From a virus (lineage: Duplodnaviria; Heunggongvirae; Uroviricota; Caudoviricetes), in IMG/VR virus record IMGVR_UViG_3300029953_000013: a stretch of DNA of 35,931 nt, one strand, 5' to 3'. Below the pieces are notes generated by a model. It had not been told where the DNA came from, did no database searches, and saw only the letters and a list, made by a program, of their open reading frames with translations. The position numbers and the translations under genes are program-made. Positions 9,501 through 17,813 of this stretch are shown piece after piece (position 1 is the first letter of the stretch; each line of letters opens with the position of its first letter).

Positions 9501-9831
9501 AGCCCTTTCCGGTGCAGCGGCACAGAAGAACCAAGCGGACAAGTTGAACGCAGAATACGCAACCCGTATGGCTGAAATGGACCGCACGCTGTCTATCGCT
9601 GAAGAGCAGCGCAAGAGCATTGGGCTTGCCGCAGAAAGCATTCTCAGCAGCCGTGCAGACGTAGGAAGCGCGTTCCAAGGCGTGGGTGCCTCATCCTTCC
9701 TCTCAGGTCGCTACGCACAACGCGCCGGGACGGTGAACATCACCAACCTGACAGTAGCGGCAAACAATCCTACTCAGCTTGTCGCCGCTCTTGCCCAAGG
9801 CGTCCAGTCTGAAGTTTCGCGGGGTGCCTAA
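3595..9831 (+). CDS. Tail tape measure protein
   Basis: About 2,080 aa, Ala/Gly/Ser-rich and largely helical. The N-terminus (INIGIKVGTDLSNF) is TMP-like, there are hydrophobic Gly/Ala segments, and the C-terminus GTVNITNLTVAANNPTQLVAAL is typical. ATG 3595 has GGGGA upstream (track start 3580 is TTG). Confidence 0.93.
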   Translation: MATKSINIGIKVGTDLSNFVKEIDAVKQSLIGLDSGVTSFTNLTKATKEWEEALKIVNSSLDAITGKLAQIKLPSGAAASRAAAGATGSRSNSFTGGPGSPSGLSFVGMNKQQLAQYAEIPLLLRNATPATLALAKKRFDPWQNSVRTTDEEFGRMGASKRELSNPNWTRQQMAKSGKSFEEEENNRIEALADNARQTQMFRARNSLASALSRQIEAKGAGMEASGETLRRNEAVRQARRIRATDADLVGTAKQEDLEKRLVAKPFEDQVEAEKARDRDRSINQGIIRRDAQAQQRQISATDAERVADRQQAEVLPKQFIHEETKRVADNAATRQMEDNEIALQRNEWKSRFTNSMVDGRELSDDIKMARRNGTLTPDHLERGAAALDDYHATREKLKQVRDGKEVEGFEGVDAETATKAIGTINGQIRNMTGALHEAKSGFMDTIKTALGFGSAVVGMQQVIGALKEMYRAAVQVDEVFTKVRAAASLVSDPNRRAQIIQGTLHGSLAASTGLGMDLGEASQAQLAVRMNGKGGPGTEALAKTITNLVYTGIGNVDTFRNALVPMRNAGLDDGTIAHHLETVNTLSANAGMSDDRRRSFLQSLSSNMGGLGTIGDMNTIMAMSYQEAEVSKDPSRNSRLNRLEVGLQNPKNLERLKQILSRNGERYDIGGMSIDGILNNGNPQSTVNMLAELGQSGQLSHQEMRAVSQTIDARTSPGTFALLTKDMDTAKEAVSLASNKTAYGFNTSEDAAKIQSESLGESTKAVMNSFNTLMGVGIGPVAEGMKFLAALLSPAGQAIGTAGANARAASTNLLDFGKSVAVAATTMTALKLAVMGYEAAENSAAVGKVMSAVSNSGGSIFGAAGAALGAMNPVTLGLMGAGAVVGVGTFAYNKYEEKLAGYQHAADENASANVWKQNGSATKATDLSSYVAQLTKLHDEGKLTLDEQHQMQAKIATAVGDRDAAERIVLQTLKGQTKELQTQMDILGHKQVGTTQDNSAAMLFNSFTRDGTNVNDLVQDPKKLAWMNSNPSISQDFKNNINKRVSDYNKAVADQNWQGAGTIGGAVISDTDAFKSEVPNLTSRGMKISLHDTKLAAENFNISKTQFDLADSETRKRMATDLASGMSKKGVLSTSDLVDGYIAKVTASGENLDPMRDRIEFGSKAFTDKNLKNLPAAIQQYTNGVLSNSPSEVNDFGKLSADKVKALLGGENASAFIKTLPQKGQAQAYTLSALLGIQKEHSNDNPDKAAAIVGTGSEKATEVATLTTAKSGYAKALAQGDWTSAQHFMDMMGMNGDNSAVGRQKRLDAAWAADHSVNGKGGSGEYQRWLKSDPSLSKKSLEDQRILWEAKTDSSKLSFSDPAFAKLDGNAIRTYAKSKAEENFAPRYDAIVGGLDLKHMSPDEVNLAMLRADVEKHTSYNDTLMGIKNGVGVTGDAPMAAILAAHPNLDAELNTNNLSGMSAQRKLDAATLESTMYPQKIGMVSTELSLTPALKYGNSQEKGQAERALLQAQLDITKSQYDTMKDMQGIDDKKVENLTKQAELYEKINEAAESTKRTQAAAAEGDAFAHSIISEAVSGNALGRNKRMIGTMRDTINKGTEDREFNTLERTGKVFGDDVNNPLSFLGKTLFDPTGEKSKGASMAGLVESNRDLIKALDALRDSVSGKGSGSSSSSASTGAAGSIAPGKSAVLGMTHGADTPGKSVFPPGTKLGPNGEPTITKVIDGKEVQVDAKSGEVVPTHTDDGSSPAGASGSLPSLPGIPSGDIALPSVSGLTVPTLSGPPALGMNAGDGTSGGEEVAATSIAREDNLKDGQTQAAKDKEQSQRIAAGKSPLSQIGAGFMHGIDKNTFTGYGAGNFTSDGKGGYTTQVTAADGTVSNVPVGKGVDPTTGGMSNSGIGSSVSAGVGIGLAAYSGYAAQRGNGQAAQNWGGVGGGLMAGSAVVGETTGGTGYGAVVAAAMAVAGLAAEALSGAAAQKNQADKLNAEYATRMAEMDRTLSIAEEQRKSIGLAAESILSSRADVGSAFQGVGASSFLSGRYAQRAGTVNITNLTVAANNPTQLVAALAQGVQSEVSRGA

Positions 9832-10253
9832 TGACATTGATAAGCATTAACGGAACCGATTGGTCTGGTAGCATTTCAGACGTAACCTTGAAACCCAAGG
9901 GATCGGTAGTAACCAAGAAAAATGTGAAGGGGGATGTCCTCACCATTCCCCCTCGCACTACCGTGCCAAGCATCGTCATCCAGCTTCATCTTCCTTACCT
10001 GACAGCGGCACAGATGCAGACGTTGCTTGCCTTGTTCCAAGCCCAGGCACCGGTTGTGCTTTCTCACACACTTGATTTTCCCCAAGGGAACTATGTTCCC
10101 ACTGATTTTGCCAAGACCCGCATTAACAGTCGTGGAACCATTCTTTACACTGTGATGTTCACATTGAACCTTGACAACGCCCCTACTCTTCCGGTTCCGG
10201 CGTTTCGCAATGATTTGGCGGTGGGTGGTATTAATAGACAACTGGGGTTGTAA
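9831..10253 (+). CDS. Distal tail (Dit/gpM-like) protein
   Basis: 140-aa gene directly after the TMP (TAATG) with a tube-like beta pattern; has a paralog at 33258..33674. Confidence 0.6.
   Translation: MTLISINGTDWSGSISDVTLKPKGSVVTKKNVKGDVLTIPPRTTVPSIVIQLHLPYLTAAQMQTLLALFQAQAPVVLSHTLDFPQGNYVPTDFAKTRINSRGTILYTVMFTLNLDNAPTLPVPAFRNDLAVGGINRQLGL
10224..10230 (+). promoter_or_regulatory. GGTGGTA motif 22 nt before hub gene start
   Basis: Inside the last codons of the Dit-like gene and followed by TTAATAGA. Confidence 0.35.
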
Positions 10254-12979
10254 TGGCAATTCAAAAACTATATAGAGTGGTTGTGAGGCAACGTGTAAAT
10301 TGGTTGCCGGGTGTGGATGGAACCGTACCTGAAGACGCAAAGCCACTCGAAACTGAAGGCAGTTCTATCGTCCGCGATATTACTGCCTTTGTGTCTAATT
10401 ATAAAATTTCCACAAGCCGCCAAAGCATTGCCAACGACACGACTATTGACATCATCAATCCGTTGGGTCAACTCACTCCAACGAATCCTAATTCCCCCTT
10501 CAACCGTACAACCTTGGCGGGAATTGATACCTACACGCCCCTGCTGGTGGAAGGTAACGAAATCCAGATTTACCGAATCCCGCAGGGGCAAGACCCAACC
10601 AATCAGGCGAATTGGATTCCCCGTTTTCGTGGCGTAATCCATCGCATAGACCCAAGCACAAGCCAGGGACAAGACACGCTCCAGATTGCCGCTTCCAGCG
10701 TGCTTTCCATCCTATTGAAGCGCAGTTTCACCGGCACGTTCTCGCCCATCATGCGAACAACGTCATTGATCCCCGCAAACAGTTTCTTCACCCTGCCCAC
10801 GCTGGTAAGCGCCGTTGCCATGTTCCGCAACGTGTATCTTCCCACGCAGATGCCGATGCAATACACGGTAACAGCATCGCTATTTGGTGATCCCTCCGTT
10901 ACGGACCCCCAGGAGATGCCAGCAGAGCAGCTTTCCAAAATGCTCTGGTGGGATCGGAACGATGTCTTTTACTCGGATGCCGCAGTCCCGACTTACCTTG
11001 CCCCGCCGTATTTTATCGGCGGTGCGATGAACGTTACCGATGATGGCGGCGACACAACCACTATCGATGACTCGGAAACACCCTTCCAGGATGAGCGTGC
11101 GGAAACCGCCCACACAGCTATTCCAGTAAACGCCAATACCGCCACAGCAATTTGGAACCTGAATGGACAGGCTTGGTTTCTCGAAGCAGGAATCATCACG
11201 AAGGATAATACGGAAATTCTGAATGACCAACTCGGGTCATTGAAATGCTCCAATTCCACGTTTTCATTTGAGCTTACAGCCTTTCCTTGTAACGTTCCTT
11301 CTCGCCTCACCTTCGGCTATAAGATCACCGATAACAGCACCATCAACATTCAGATTCTACTTAGGACGTATAACCGGGAAACGCAGACATATCAAACGTC
11401 TGTGGGAACATCCGTAAACACAACCGTAACTGGTCCCACTCCTTTTGACGTTTCTTCGCTTGGTGGAATGCTTCTGAATACGCCCGTAGGAACTGGCTTC
11501 CAGTGGCAGATTGGGGAAGTTGACATTCCCGCTTTTGATTCAGGGCTGTTCTCGGCGGATAGCAATACCGTAATCACCCTTGCCACTGTGATTTTCACTG
11601 TAGTTGGTGATGCCTGGATCGATCAACCAAGCTGGGAATTTCTGAGTGTAGGGATGAACGCCGATGGCACATCGTGCAACGTAGACGCCAACGTGCTTGC
11701 CCTGCCCCGCTATGAGCGCTGGACAACAACGGATGGCATCACCTACTCATCCCCCTACCCTTCCCACATGGTCTTTTCCAAGAAGAACAACCGGATTGTT
11801 GCCAGGAATTTTGGGGTGCCTTACGCAGCCGGAACCCTCAAAGGCTTTGGTCCAAACAACATGCGGAACCGGTGTTTACCGGAAGATGGCATGTATGAGC
11901 GTGATCTTCGGGAGAACACGGATTACGTTACCCTGTATGATAAGGGTGCAATCCAGCTTACGAACACTTTAAAATGTTCTGATATCTACGTTTCAGGCAC
12001 ATATTTTGACATTAATTCCTCTGCACATATGGAAGCGGCTACTGCTCTCACCAAATTGATGGTTGAAGGCGGAATTCCAGCAACCAAGATCAACCTTGAA
12101 ACGACCGGCGTTGTGCTTTCAGCGATCAGCCTTGGTGTGAACACTTCGACATCACTGCTCAAGGCTGTCAAAGACATCCTCGACCAACTGCCGCAGAACT
12201 ACCATCTCTTTGAGGATGGAGATGGCAATGTCATTGGGCGCTTCATTCAGCAAGCCGGATCGCCGCGACTGTTCAACCCCGTCATTCAAACTCCGCTTCC
12301 CCAGGTCCAGACGGGCGTGCTTGTCCCTGGCGCTGAGTACTGGTATGGCGTGACAGCACTCATGCCAGATGGCAAGGAAACCCTGGTTTCAAACCTCATG
12401 AGTACTGTTGCCTACTCTGACTATTACGATTTCATGCACGCATCAATCGTAACCCCAGGCTCCATCCCTTCCCTTCAGATCAAGCCGGTTCCAAACATGG
12501 TTGGTCTGGTGATCAGGCGTGCAAAGGCATTCCAGACTGCCATGGACGTTGTGACGCCCCCTAACCCTGTCCCTTGCTTTTCCCTGGCTCTGAGCGGCAG
12601 TTTGACCCCGCCAACCCCTATCGCAACCGTCACGGTTACGACGGGCGGCTCTGGCTACACCCAAGGCGATACCGTCTTGGCTGTGGGAGGCATCGGAATT
12701 GGCTTCATGGGTTATGCAGTTGTAGGTAATGCCACGGTAAACGGCAAGACAGTTACCGGCGTAGTCCAATCTGTAGTCATCGAAAACCCAGGCAGCTACA
12801 GCGCGGCACCTACCGGATTTAGCTGCGCAGACAGCGGGAGTGGGACTGGATTTACGGCAACCTGCACCATGGCTCCCCCAACAACCCCATCTCTGGTTGA
12901 TCTCCGCGATGGCTTCACTTCATGCCCGGTCGTGCTGCTTACCAAGAACCAGACAACCGCAAATCAGAACGGGAAGTAA
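10253..12979 (+). CDS. Tail hub/Tal-like baseplate protein with inserted beta-sandwich, FN3-like and GGSGYT modules
   Basis: N-terminal hub pattern (RDITAFVSNYKIS...LVEGNEIQIY...RFRGVI...TLQIAASS) and a second hub part (SLLKAVKDIL...FEDGDGNV). Also EYWYGVTAL (FN3-like) and VTVTTGGSGYT. Confidence 0.7.
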   Translation: MAIQKLYRVVVRQRVNWLPGVDGTVPEDAKPLETEGSSIVRDITAFVSNYKISTSRQSIANDTTIDIINPLGQLTPTNPNSPFNRTTLAGIDTYTPLLVEGNEIQIYRIPQGQDPTNQANWIPRFRGVIHRIDPSTSQGQDTLQIAASSVLSILLKRSFTGTFSPIMRTTSLIPANSFFTLPTLVSAVAMFRNVYLPTQMPMQYTVTASLFGDPSVTDPQEMPAEQLSKMLWWDRNDVFYSDAAVPTYLAPPYFIGGAMNVTDDGGDTTTIDDSETPFQDERAETAHTAIPVNANTATAIWNLNGQAWFLEAGIITKDNTEILNDQLGSLKCSNSTFSFELTAFPCNVPSRLTFGYKITDNSTINIQILLRTYNRETQTYQTSVGTSVNTTVTGPTPFDVSSLGGMLLNTPVGTGFQWQIGEVDIPAFDSGLFSADSNTVITLATVIFTVVGDAWIDQPSWEFLSVGMNADGTSCNVDANVLALPRYERWTTTDGITYSSPYPSHMVFSKKNNRIVARNFGVPYAAGTLKGFGPNNMRNRCLPEDGMYERDLRENTDYVTLYDKGAIQLTNTLKCSDIYVSGTYFDINSSAHMEAATALTKLMVEGGIPATKINLETTGVVLSAISLGVNTSTSLLKAVKDILDQLPQNYHLFEDGDGNVIGRFIQQAGSPRLFNPVIQTPLPQVQTGVLVPGAEYWYGVTALMPDGKETLVSNLMSTVAYSDYYDFMHASIVTPGSIPSLQIKPVPNMVGLVIRRAKAFQTAMDVVTPPNPVPCFSLALSGSLTPPTPIATVTVTTGGSGYTQGDTVLAVGGIGIGFMGYAVVGNATVNGKTVTGVVQSVVIENPGSYSAAPTGFSCADSGSGTGFTATCTMAPPTTPSLVDLRDGFTSCPVVLLTKNQTTANQNGK

Positions 12980-12981
12980 AT

Positions 12982-14718
12982 ATGTCCAGCACAATCGTTC
13001 AAGGAGCCGTTCCTTCGCCCCTGAGTGCGCTTAACCCAACCTTCATCACAACAGTTGATTGGTCGCCCACAAGCTCTGTGTCTACTCTCTGTGGGACGCA
13101 AAAGACAAGTGAACTCTGTATCGGTGCCAACACCAATACGGGGAGCAAGAGCCTTACAGCTACTTTGAACCTTCAGGCTAACGGGGTGGAAACCGGGCGC
13201 ATTTCGGTTAGCTTCAGCATGTGTGTTCCCAGCGCGGCAATGAATCAAGGCGGTCCAGCCGGGATTACCCTTTTCCAGTGGGGCGGGTTTGAGAAGGTTG
13301 GGACAATCACACTTCAATACATGCCTGTAATTGGAGCTTTGGAATGCCCTCATGTGCTGGTCCTTTCCGTCTACGGGGATGAATACCGGACGGTGACAGT
13401 TCCCATCAACGCCATCAACCAGTTCCAGCAGGTTTACATCGAATATGACGGGATGGATTTAATTCTGGTTTGTGGAAACACAGCCGACCGCTTCTCTTCC
13501 GGCACCACAATTGCACCACCCACAAGTCCGAACCAATTGCTCTTTGGCGCGGATTGTGCGGGACTGTATTTCCTCAACCTGGAAATCTTCAATTCAGCCA
13601 TCCTTGAGCAGTCCCTTCCTGAAACCTATTCGTTCCCATACATCCTGTGGGATAACCCCGATTCCGGCGTAATTGCCGTAATCCCTACTCCGTATTTGCC
13701 CGATCCTTCCGTTCCAGACAATTTCTTCATGTTCATTGATCAGGGTTACACGGCTGGACATAGCCCGGCACAGCTTGATCTCACGACTTCCGATCAAATC
13801 ATGGAAGTGATGCTGTATGTCAATGATCGTTCCGTAGTCCTTCCAGGGTTCATGGGCGGCTCCACAAGCCAGTTTCTTAGCTACATCACGACAGTGAATG
13901 CCGGTGTAGTGCAGTTCCCATTTGATGGCAAGATGGAGAACATCAAGTTCACAAGTGTGGGCGGCAACCTCGTAAGTGCGGAACACTACCGGGGAGCAAA
14001 TACCGGGCAAATGTCCTTCACCGTGAGGCTTGAGGGAATCATGGGTGACGGGATTTCTCCCGTTGTCGGTGGAAGCTGGAGCAAAAACGTTCCCATCATC
14101 GGGAAGATCCCGCAGCAGTTCTACTTGCCCCACACTGGAGAGCCGAACAAGGGCATCTCCATCCTTGGTACAACAACCACCATGGCAACCCCCAAGGGCA
14201 TCTCTGTGACTTACCGGGATGACGATGTGCGCACAACCGGCAAGATCATCGGCAGCATTGCGAACCGCCCAGGCGCAAACATCTGTTTGACGCGCCTTAG
14301 CCCAACAAATTTCTTTGGGAGTGATCAGGTTCCTTTCCCAGTAAACAGCATCATTGCGGGGAACCCCAACCAGCTTTCCTACAGCCTTCCAACGACACAG
14401 CTTTATTGTTACGGCGTGTATTGGGAGCGCTACATGATGGTTTCACCCCCTGATGTGGTCATGAGTCAGGCACCCTACAACCGTGCAACATCGGGGATTC
14501 CCATTGCGGCGTTTTCAATTGATATTCCGGTAGGGCAGACCTTACGGGGAATCGATATTTGCTTCACTGCGGTTCCTCCGGGATTGATTGGGAATGGGGT
14601 TCCACCTAAATCAGTTGCGATTCAGGTTCCAATTGTCACACGAACCTACGTTGATGATCCCAATGGTAGTAATGACCAAGGTGGCGGTGGAAGTGGTGGA
14701 GGCGGTGGTGGTGATTAA
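12982..14718 (+). CDS. Tail-tip protein with N-terminal LamG/concanavalin-like domain
   Basis: Pattern ISVSFSM..ITLFQWG...FQQVYIEYDG..LILVCG...LLFGA...LEIFNSA; poly-Gly C-terminus. ATG 12982 is preferred because the track start 12922 overlaps the previous gene. Confidence 0.55.
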   Translation: MSSTIVQGAVPSPLSALNPTFITTVDWSPTSSVSTLCGTQKTSELCIGANTNTGSKSLTATLNLQANGVETGRISVSFSMCVPSAAMNQGGPAGITLFQWGGFEKVGTITLQYMPVIGALECPHVLVLSVYGDEYRTVTVPINAINQFQQVYIEYDGMDLILVCGNTADRFSSGTTIAPPTSPNQLLFGADCAGLYFLNLEIFNSAILEQSLPETYSFPYILWDNPDSGVIAVIPTPYLPDPSVPDNFFMFIDQGYTAGHSPAQLDLTTSDQIMEVMLYVNDRSVVLPGFMGGSTSQFLSYITTVNAGVVQFPFDGKMENIKFTSVGGNLVSAEHYRGANTGQMSFTVRLEGIMGDGISPVVGGSWSKNVPIIGKIPQQFYLPHTGEPNKGISILGTTTTMATPKGISVTYRDDDVRTTGKIIGSIANRPGANICLTRLSPTNFFGSDQVPFPVNSIIAGNPNQLSYSLPTTQLYCYGVYWERYMMVSPPDVVMSQAPYNRATSGIPIAAFSIDIPVGQTLRGIDICFTAVPPGLIGNGVPPKSVAIQVPIVTRTYVDDPNGSNDQGGGGSGGGGGGD

Positions 14719-14727
14719 GGAGAAAGT

Positions 14728-15222
14728 ATGAGCCAGGGCAGCAACGGGGATAACCAAGGGTCAAATTCTTCGACCAACGGTAATGGAACTGTATACACCG
14801 GCACTGCGCACGGTGATACGGTTTACTACACAGAAACAACAACCTACCAAACCGAAATCATCAATGTAAACACCGTTTACAATTATGATTGGGGCGAAGG
14901 TCCGCGCCAGTTCCCCTTGGTTCTCACTGGCTCTGCTGATTATACCTGCCTGTTTTACTTGCTGGTGGCTATTGATGCGGCTTGCACCCAGTGGCAGACA
15001 ATCCCCTCTATCGGGGTGGATGCTGTCAAGGTTCAAGGAAATACTACCTGGAAGACCATTCAGTTTCGACAGGTGGATCTTCAAAATCTTCTCGATGAAA
15101 ACGGCGTTCCGCTTTTGCAGGGCGGAAGGCGTGTAAACTTCAAGGTTGTCCTTGCATCTGAAGTAACTGGCGTAACGATGACTGGGATGTCTTACCGTAC
15201 CCAATCAACTTCTAAGAAGTAA
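14728..15222 (+). CDS. Putative tail-tip structural protein (beta-sandwich)
   Basis: AGGAG RBS; low-complexity N/G/S N-terminus followed by beta-rich sequence. Confidence 0.5.
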   Translation: MSQGSNGDNQGSNSSTNGNGTVYTGTAHGDTVYYTETTTYQTEIINVNTVYNYDWGEGPRQFPLVLTGSADYTCLFYLLVAIDAACTQWQTIPSIGVDAVKVQGNTTWKTIQFRQVDLQNLLDENGVPLLQGGRRVNFKVVLASEVTGVTMTGMSYRTQSTSKK

Positions 15223-15231
15223 GGATTTAGC

Positions 15232-15735
15232 ATGGGTGGCGGTGGTGGCGGTAAATCAAAGGGCAGTTACAAAAACCCTATCCAGATTTCATCACTGGTG
15301 GAATGGGTTGGGATTGCTGCTATTCGTGGTTACTCAGGTGTCAACGCCCCGGATGGTGCGGATTTAGACATCAACCAGTTTTTGGTGGTTAACCCCATCG
15401 AAGTTGAGAAGTCTAATTTGGGCAATATCGGGCACCCGCTGTATCGCCCCTTCATGGCACGGCGTTACGGAACGGGAATCGGCAAGCCTGAGAAAAGTCA
15501 ACTGGCATATGATAATATCAATGCTACGTGGTGGGCATGGAATCAGCTTGAAGACGGGATGCGTGTAATTGCGACCGCAAAACTGCAAACCATGGATGAC
15601 TTCCATATTATGGTGGGCGATACGATTGCTTTTGACGATAGCACAATGGGCGTGCGCAGACTTTGGCTGGTTGAGGGTGTGAATGAGGACGCCAATGGGG
15701 TGGAACTTCTCTTGATTGACGTAATCGGCGGTTAA
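15232..15735 (+). CDS. Putative tail-tip protein resembling the C-terminal part of hub/TipJ proteins
   Basis: Starts MGGGGGGKSKG, reminiscent of lambda gpJ-family N-termini. Ends with a VGDTIAFDD...LWLVEGVNE...VELLL hub-type strand pattern. Confidence 0.5.
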   Translation: MGGGGGGKSKGSYKNPIQISSLVEWVGIAAIRGYSGVNAPDGADLDINQFLVVNPIEVEKSNLGNIGHPLYRPFMARRYGTGIGKPEKSQLAYDNINATWWAWNQLEDGMRVIATAKLQTMDDFHIMVGDTIAFDDSTMGVRRLWLVEGVNEDANGVELLLIDVIGG

Positions 15736-16149
15736 ATGCTTTCCAGATGCCCCCACTTCAGCACACAAGCGGCTCTCCTACAATCCGTTGTAGGGGAGCT
15801 TCCCATTATCATTTGCGAAGGGATTGATGCCCAGGATTCTAGCGTGTTCAAGATTACGCTGTCCACCTGGGACACGTTCCTACTCGATACCGGCGAGAAG
15901 CAAACACAGCTAAAAGCCACCAATATAAGGGCTATTTGTCGGTCCACGCGGTTCCAAATCAGTAGAGCAATCGTCAAGGTTGTTTTCCATGTATCAATTG
16001 GTGGTAAGACTTGGAAGCACACTGTATTTTCGGATTTGTCCAATCCTGAAGTGTTGGCGGACGGCTTTGCCGATGTCTTTAGGATGATCTTAGATGGCAA
16101 TCGGAAACCAAACAGCCCTGACGCCCGTTCTCCGGGACATAATCAATAA
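15736..16149 (+). CDS. Hypothetical tail-associated protein
   Basis: 137-aa ORF starting immediately after the previous TAA and overlapping the next gene by 56 nt. Confidence 0.5.
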   Translation: MLSRCPHFSTQAALLQSVVGELPIIICEGIDAQDSSVFKITLSTWDTFLLDTGEKQTQLKATNIRAICRSTRFQISRAIVKVVFHVSIGGKTWKHTVFSDLSNPEVLADGFADVFRMILDGNRKPNSPDARSPGHNQ

Positions 16150-17812
16150 CCAAGGCGTCGATCCATCAGTAATTCAGGGCATTGATAACAGCGGCGAAAA
16201 TTTTCTTTACTTTGAACCGTCAACCGCTGTAAACATGAACCCCTCTTCCGTTACTGCCGGTAGCGGAGTGGGGGAACCTGGGTTTATCCTCAGTGCGCAG
16301 CCACAGTCCTTCGACACTACGCAGCTTGAGGCGCAGATCGAAGCCGCTGTAGACACGGCTGATCCCCTGCCCCCACGGCGCGTAGGGGCTACAACCACGT
16401 ACATCAATGGCGTCAACGGCGAGAACGTTCAGAATCTCATCGTGTGGTGCGCTCCCCTGGTGGATACAACCGGGCGCTGGCTGGAAATCCTGGAAAGTGT
16501 GCCGGTCACAGGCACCGTCTACAACGATTCGATTGATTACTACCTTGTGCGTCGGGAGAACTTGGGAACGGGCGAACTCGTTAGTATTGCGATGGTTTCC
16601 CACAACAAGCAGTCAGTCGCCGCAGCACGAACCTACCTCACAAACCAGAAAAACGCTGGTCTGCCTGGGGTGACTACAGACAACGAAACGCAGATTGCAA
16701 CCTTCGACACTGGGCTGTATGAGAACGTGATCAACGTTGCTGGATCACCAGTGCTTGATTCAAATGGGAACCCGGTGAAGGAAGTCACCCTTGGTTCTTC
16801 TGACATGTTCTTCTCGTTCAACGATACAACCGCAATCCTCGGAATCAACTATTCCTACGTTGTCAGTGCAATCACCTTCGGGCAGAGCGAAGGCGTTTCA
16901 GTAGCTTTCGTTCCTGGTGAGCCAAGCGCAGCCGGTGGGTTGTCGCTTTCTTTTGAGCCTGTGTGGTGTTCCACCTTGCCAACGCTCGGTGCGGGCGCTA
17001 CCGGCGCTGAATCATATCTTGATCTCTCCGTCACGGTGGGACCGCTGGTAACAGCCCTTGACGTATGCTTGATACCGATCCAGGACGGGGCATACACACT
17101 CACCTATACCGCGCCTCTCCCAACCGATCCATACGTGGTTGAAACGAGTCCAGTGTTGATTCAGCTATACCGTCCAGTTACCGGATCGTCCACACAGACC
17201 ATCCAGTTCGTTGGACGCAACCTGGAGGCTGCTGGAGGGGTTGCAAGCCTATCCATTGGTGGGTCCGTAACCCTGGCAACTGGTGGAGTCACGAAGACCC
17301 CAGTGCCGAACGCCACAACCGATTTCTTCTATAAGCTTCAGGTCACAGTGCCAAGCACAGCATCACTCGGATTTGCAAGCATGACCCTGACTTGTGGCGG
17401 CGGCAAGACCCTAACTTGCTCTCAGTTTACAATTCTTGATGGCACGACCGGAGCCACTGAAGGCGCAACCTTCGACTACCCAGGACAGACATACCGGATG
17501 GTTACGGGATCGCCCCTGGTGATCAACATTACCGGCAAGCACATGAGTGCCATCACCGGATTTGTGATGACTCCTGCCAATTGCACGGCAACGCTGTCTA
17601 ACCAGTCCTTCAATTCTGTAGATGTGACTCTCACAAACTTTACTGGTGCTGTGACACTTCAGGCTGTCCTCACAGGCGGCTTAGTCAGCACAGGCAAGGA
17701 TACCGCTGTAGTTTCGGTTTCATCCAGCACAGGCGGCGATCCAAAAAGAACCACAGTGTATCCCGACACAGACGCCATTCGGGGGATTCCAACTTTGACG
17801 ATGGGACGTTAA
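16094..17812 (+). CDS. Tail protein with Ig-like (IPT/TIG-like) domains
   Basis: Thr/Val/Gly-rich, with TIQFVGRNL and LVINITGKHM strand motifs and YSYVVSAI (FN3-like). Confidence 0.6.
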   Translation: MAIGNQTALTPVLRDIINNQGVDPSVIQGIDNSGENFLYFEPSTAVNMNPSSVTAGSGVGEPGFILSAQPQSFDTTQLEAQIEAAVDTADPLPPRRVGATTTYINGVNGENVQNLIVWCAPLVDTTGRWLEILESVPVTGTVYNDSIDYYLVRRENLGTGELVSIAMVSHNKQSVAAARTYLTNQKNAGLPGVTTDNETQIATFDTGLYENVINVAGSPVLDSNGNPVKEVTLGSSDMFFSFNDTTAILGINYSYVVSAITFGQSEGVSVAFVPGEPSAAGGLSLSFEPVWCSTLPTLGAGATGAESYLDLSVTVGPLVTALDVCLIPIQDGAYTLTYTAPLPTDPYVVETSPVLIQLYRPVTGSSTQTIQFVGRNLEAAGGVASLSIGGSVTLATGGVTKTPVPNATTDFFYKLQVTVPSTASLGFASMTLTCGGGKTLTCSQFTILDGTTGATEGATFDYPGQTYRMVTGSPLVINITGKHMSAITGFVMTPANCTATLSNQSFNSVDVTLTNFTGAVTLQAVLTGGLVSTGKDTAVVSVSSSTGGDPKRTTVYPDTDAIRGIPTLTMGR

Positions 17813-17813
17813 G

